NCBI GenBank assembly: GCA_963693365.1
Contig: CAVNZM010000015.1
Coordinates: 4,471,502-4,535,501 of the forward strand
Origin: Amoebidium appalachense
Taxonomy: Eukaryota > Protista > Ichthyosporea
Direction: 5' to 3'
Length of the DNA: 64,000 nt
Both the position numbers and the translations under genes were made by a program. Positions 62,066 to 64,000 of this stretch are shown in pieces (positions within the stretch are counted from its first letter, which is position 1; each line of letters opens with the position of its first letter). The notes beneath the pieces were generated by a model. The model was not told where the DNA came from. It did not search any database and saw only the letters and a list, made by a program, of their open reading frames with translations.

Positions 62066-62272
62066 GTGTGCAGCCCCCCCCCCCCCCCCCCCCCTCTCTC
62101 CCCCCTCTCCCCCCCCTTCCCCTCCCCCCCCCCCCCCCCCCCCCTCTCTCTCTCCCCCCGCTCCTTTTCCCAAACAATTCCCCCGCCGTTCTTCTTTCTC
62201 AGCCGGCTAGGTTTTTTGGGTTGCCTGGTAAGTTTTGAAATGGAGGTCTCGTCTCTGATCTGTCCACCACAG

Positions 62273-62306
<34 letters not shown>

Positions 62307-62831
62307 CCCCTTCTCCTCCCCCCCCCCCCCATTCCCCTCCTACCTTCTTTTTCCCCCCCCCCCCCTTCCTCCCCCCCCCCCCCCCCCCCCTGGCCAAACC
62401 CTGTATACACTCTTCTCATCAGCAGGTCTCTAACCCACTCTGCAGAACGTTTTACGCATTTCTCCCCTCGGAGAACTTGGTCGTTGGTGCGTTTTTGTCT
62501 GACATCTAACGACTCTGCAGGGTCCCCTGAGACTACTGACACTCTAACATTCCCTCCCCTCTCTTACTTCCCCCCCCCCCCTCCCCCTTTCCCTCCTCCT
62601 TCCCCTCCCATTTTCTCTGCACACCCAACAGGTCTTAACCAGATCTGCACATCGTTAGTCACAATCTTCTCACATATATGAGAGAATGATCGTATTGGTA
62701 CGATTTGTCTAATATCTGACGATTCTGCAGCATCCATAAGACCCCCCTCCCCCCTCCCCCTCCCCCTCCCCCCCCCCCCCCCCCCCCACACCTTCTCTCT
62801 CTCTCCCCCTCTCTCCTCTCTCCCTCTCTCC

Positions 62832-62932
<101 letters not shown>

Positions 62933-62937
62933 TTCCT

Positions 62938-62970
<33 letters not shown>

Positions 62971-63031
62971 GCGCCTGTTGTTTTGCTTGTCATTTGTTGT
63001 TCTGGTTGATTACCTGTAATCTTCGCTTATT

Positions 63032-63066
<35 letters not shown>

Positions 63067-63687
63067 TGTGCGGGGTTGCACATACCGGTGTCTACTTTTC
63101 TTCTTACTGTTTTTCTCTCCACACACTTCATCTGTCCACTTCTGCATACCCCCTTTCATAGCTATAGACACACTTCACACATTGCGTTACGCGCACGCAT
63201 GCACACACCGCTCTGTTGGCGACAGCTCCCTTGGAACCCATGCGGCATGTTACCCGCCGGCGTAACATAACTCGGACTATCGGTTTGGCTTTTTTCAAGC
63301 CCAAAGCAATGGGTGATACCATATTTCCGGCTGACATCCGGGGGCATAGCTTTCCGTTCGAAGACGATAAAGTTCCGCCCTAGTAAGCGTGTTACTACCC
63401 TGCGGCGTGGGTCAAATCTCATATTTTCCCCTCTGATTACGAATTCTGTGGCCTTCGGGACTTAATTCTTTTCAGCTGGTGTAGTATGTTAGCCAGGGAA
63501 GTATCGACTTAGGTATCGACGGGGGAGCTTCCTAGAAGCCCCGTCTCCTGAGTTCCTATCTATATTTTTCTTGCTTCTGCTTACTGCTGCAACTTTAACC
63601 CCCGGCCTTTCCCACTGCCCTTGCCTGCATAAGCAACCCTGCTCGTCTCTGATCAAGACGGGTGACCTACTCATGTTCAAGTGAAAC

Positions 63688-63865
63688 AGTATCTGAGTTG
63701 GGTTTCGTTAACGAGGGGAATAGGTCGAAACTCGGGTACTGTGGATGACGTGGGCCCCCCCTGAGGATGGGCTCTGCTTATTATGCATACTCTTTATGTA
63801 TGGCTTGCATTCTGCATCGTGTTATCCGTTTGTTCTTGTGTACTTCGTACTTTTTGACGCATTCA

Positions 63866-63870
<5 letters not shown>
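63688..63870 (+). repeat. Intronic structured repeat family, copy C
   Basis: cagtatctgagtt...ggtcgaaactcgggtactgtggatgacgtgggccccccctgaggatgggctctgctta...tgtgtacttcgtac...gcattcaaacccc. Confidence 0.8.
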
Positions 63871-63902
<32 letters not shown>

Positions 63903-64000
63903 CCTTCCCCTCCTCCCTTTTTCTTCCACCCTCCCTCCTTATGCGTGATTGCTTTTGTTGTTCTGTTTTCATGTCGCCTTCGGTTTTTTGTTGTGGTTGT

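Overview
Eukaryotic genomic DNA, intron-rich and full of poly-C/poly-G, (CA)n and (GA)n tracts; most short six-frame ORFs are low-complexity artefacts, and the organism cannot be identified from this window. Host genes supported by the sequence: the 5' part of a CHD1-like chromodomain remodeller (+ strand, 9 exons reconstructed in phase, continuing past the window end), a 3-exon bZIP-like gene (- strand), an intronless secreted protein made of four 8-Cys modules, and one hypothetical ORF. Mobile DNA: a ~15 kb LINE with a 16-bp TSD whose ORF2 carries ~5.3 kb of Gln/Pro tandem repeats between the endonuclease and RT. This LINE sits inside a TA-flanked Tc1/mariner-type TIR element, which in turn sits in bZIP intron 1. 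Also present are a second single-ORF APE-RT retrotransposon, three short copies of the large LINE's 3' end, a truncated LTR-retroelement fragment, a solo LTR and a 1.25 kb duplication. Most notable: the repeat-expanded LINE ORF2, and a sense-oriented intronic repeat family with a conserved structured, hammerhead-like core that recurs in four CHD1 introns and shares intron 3' ends. All calls were made by eye, without database searches.
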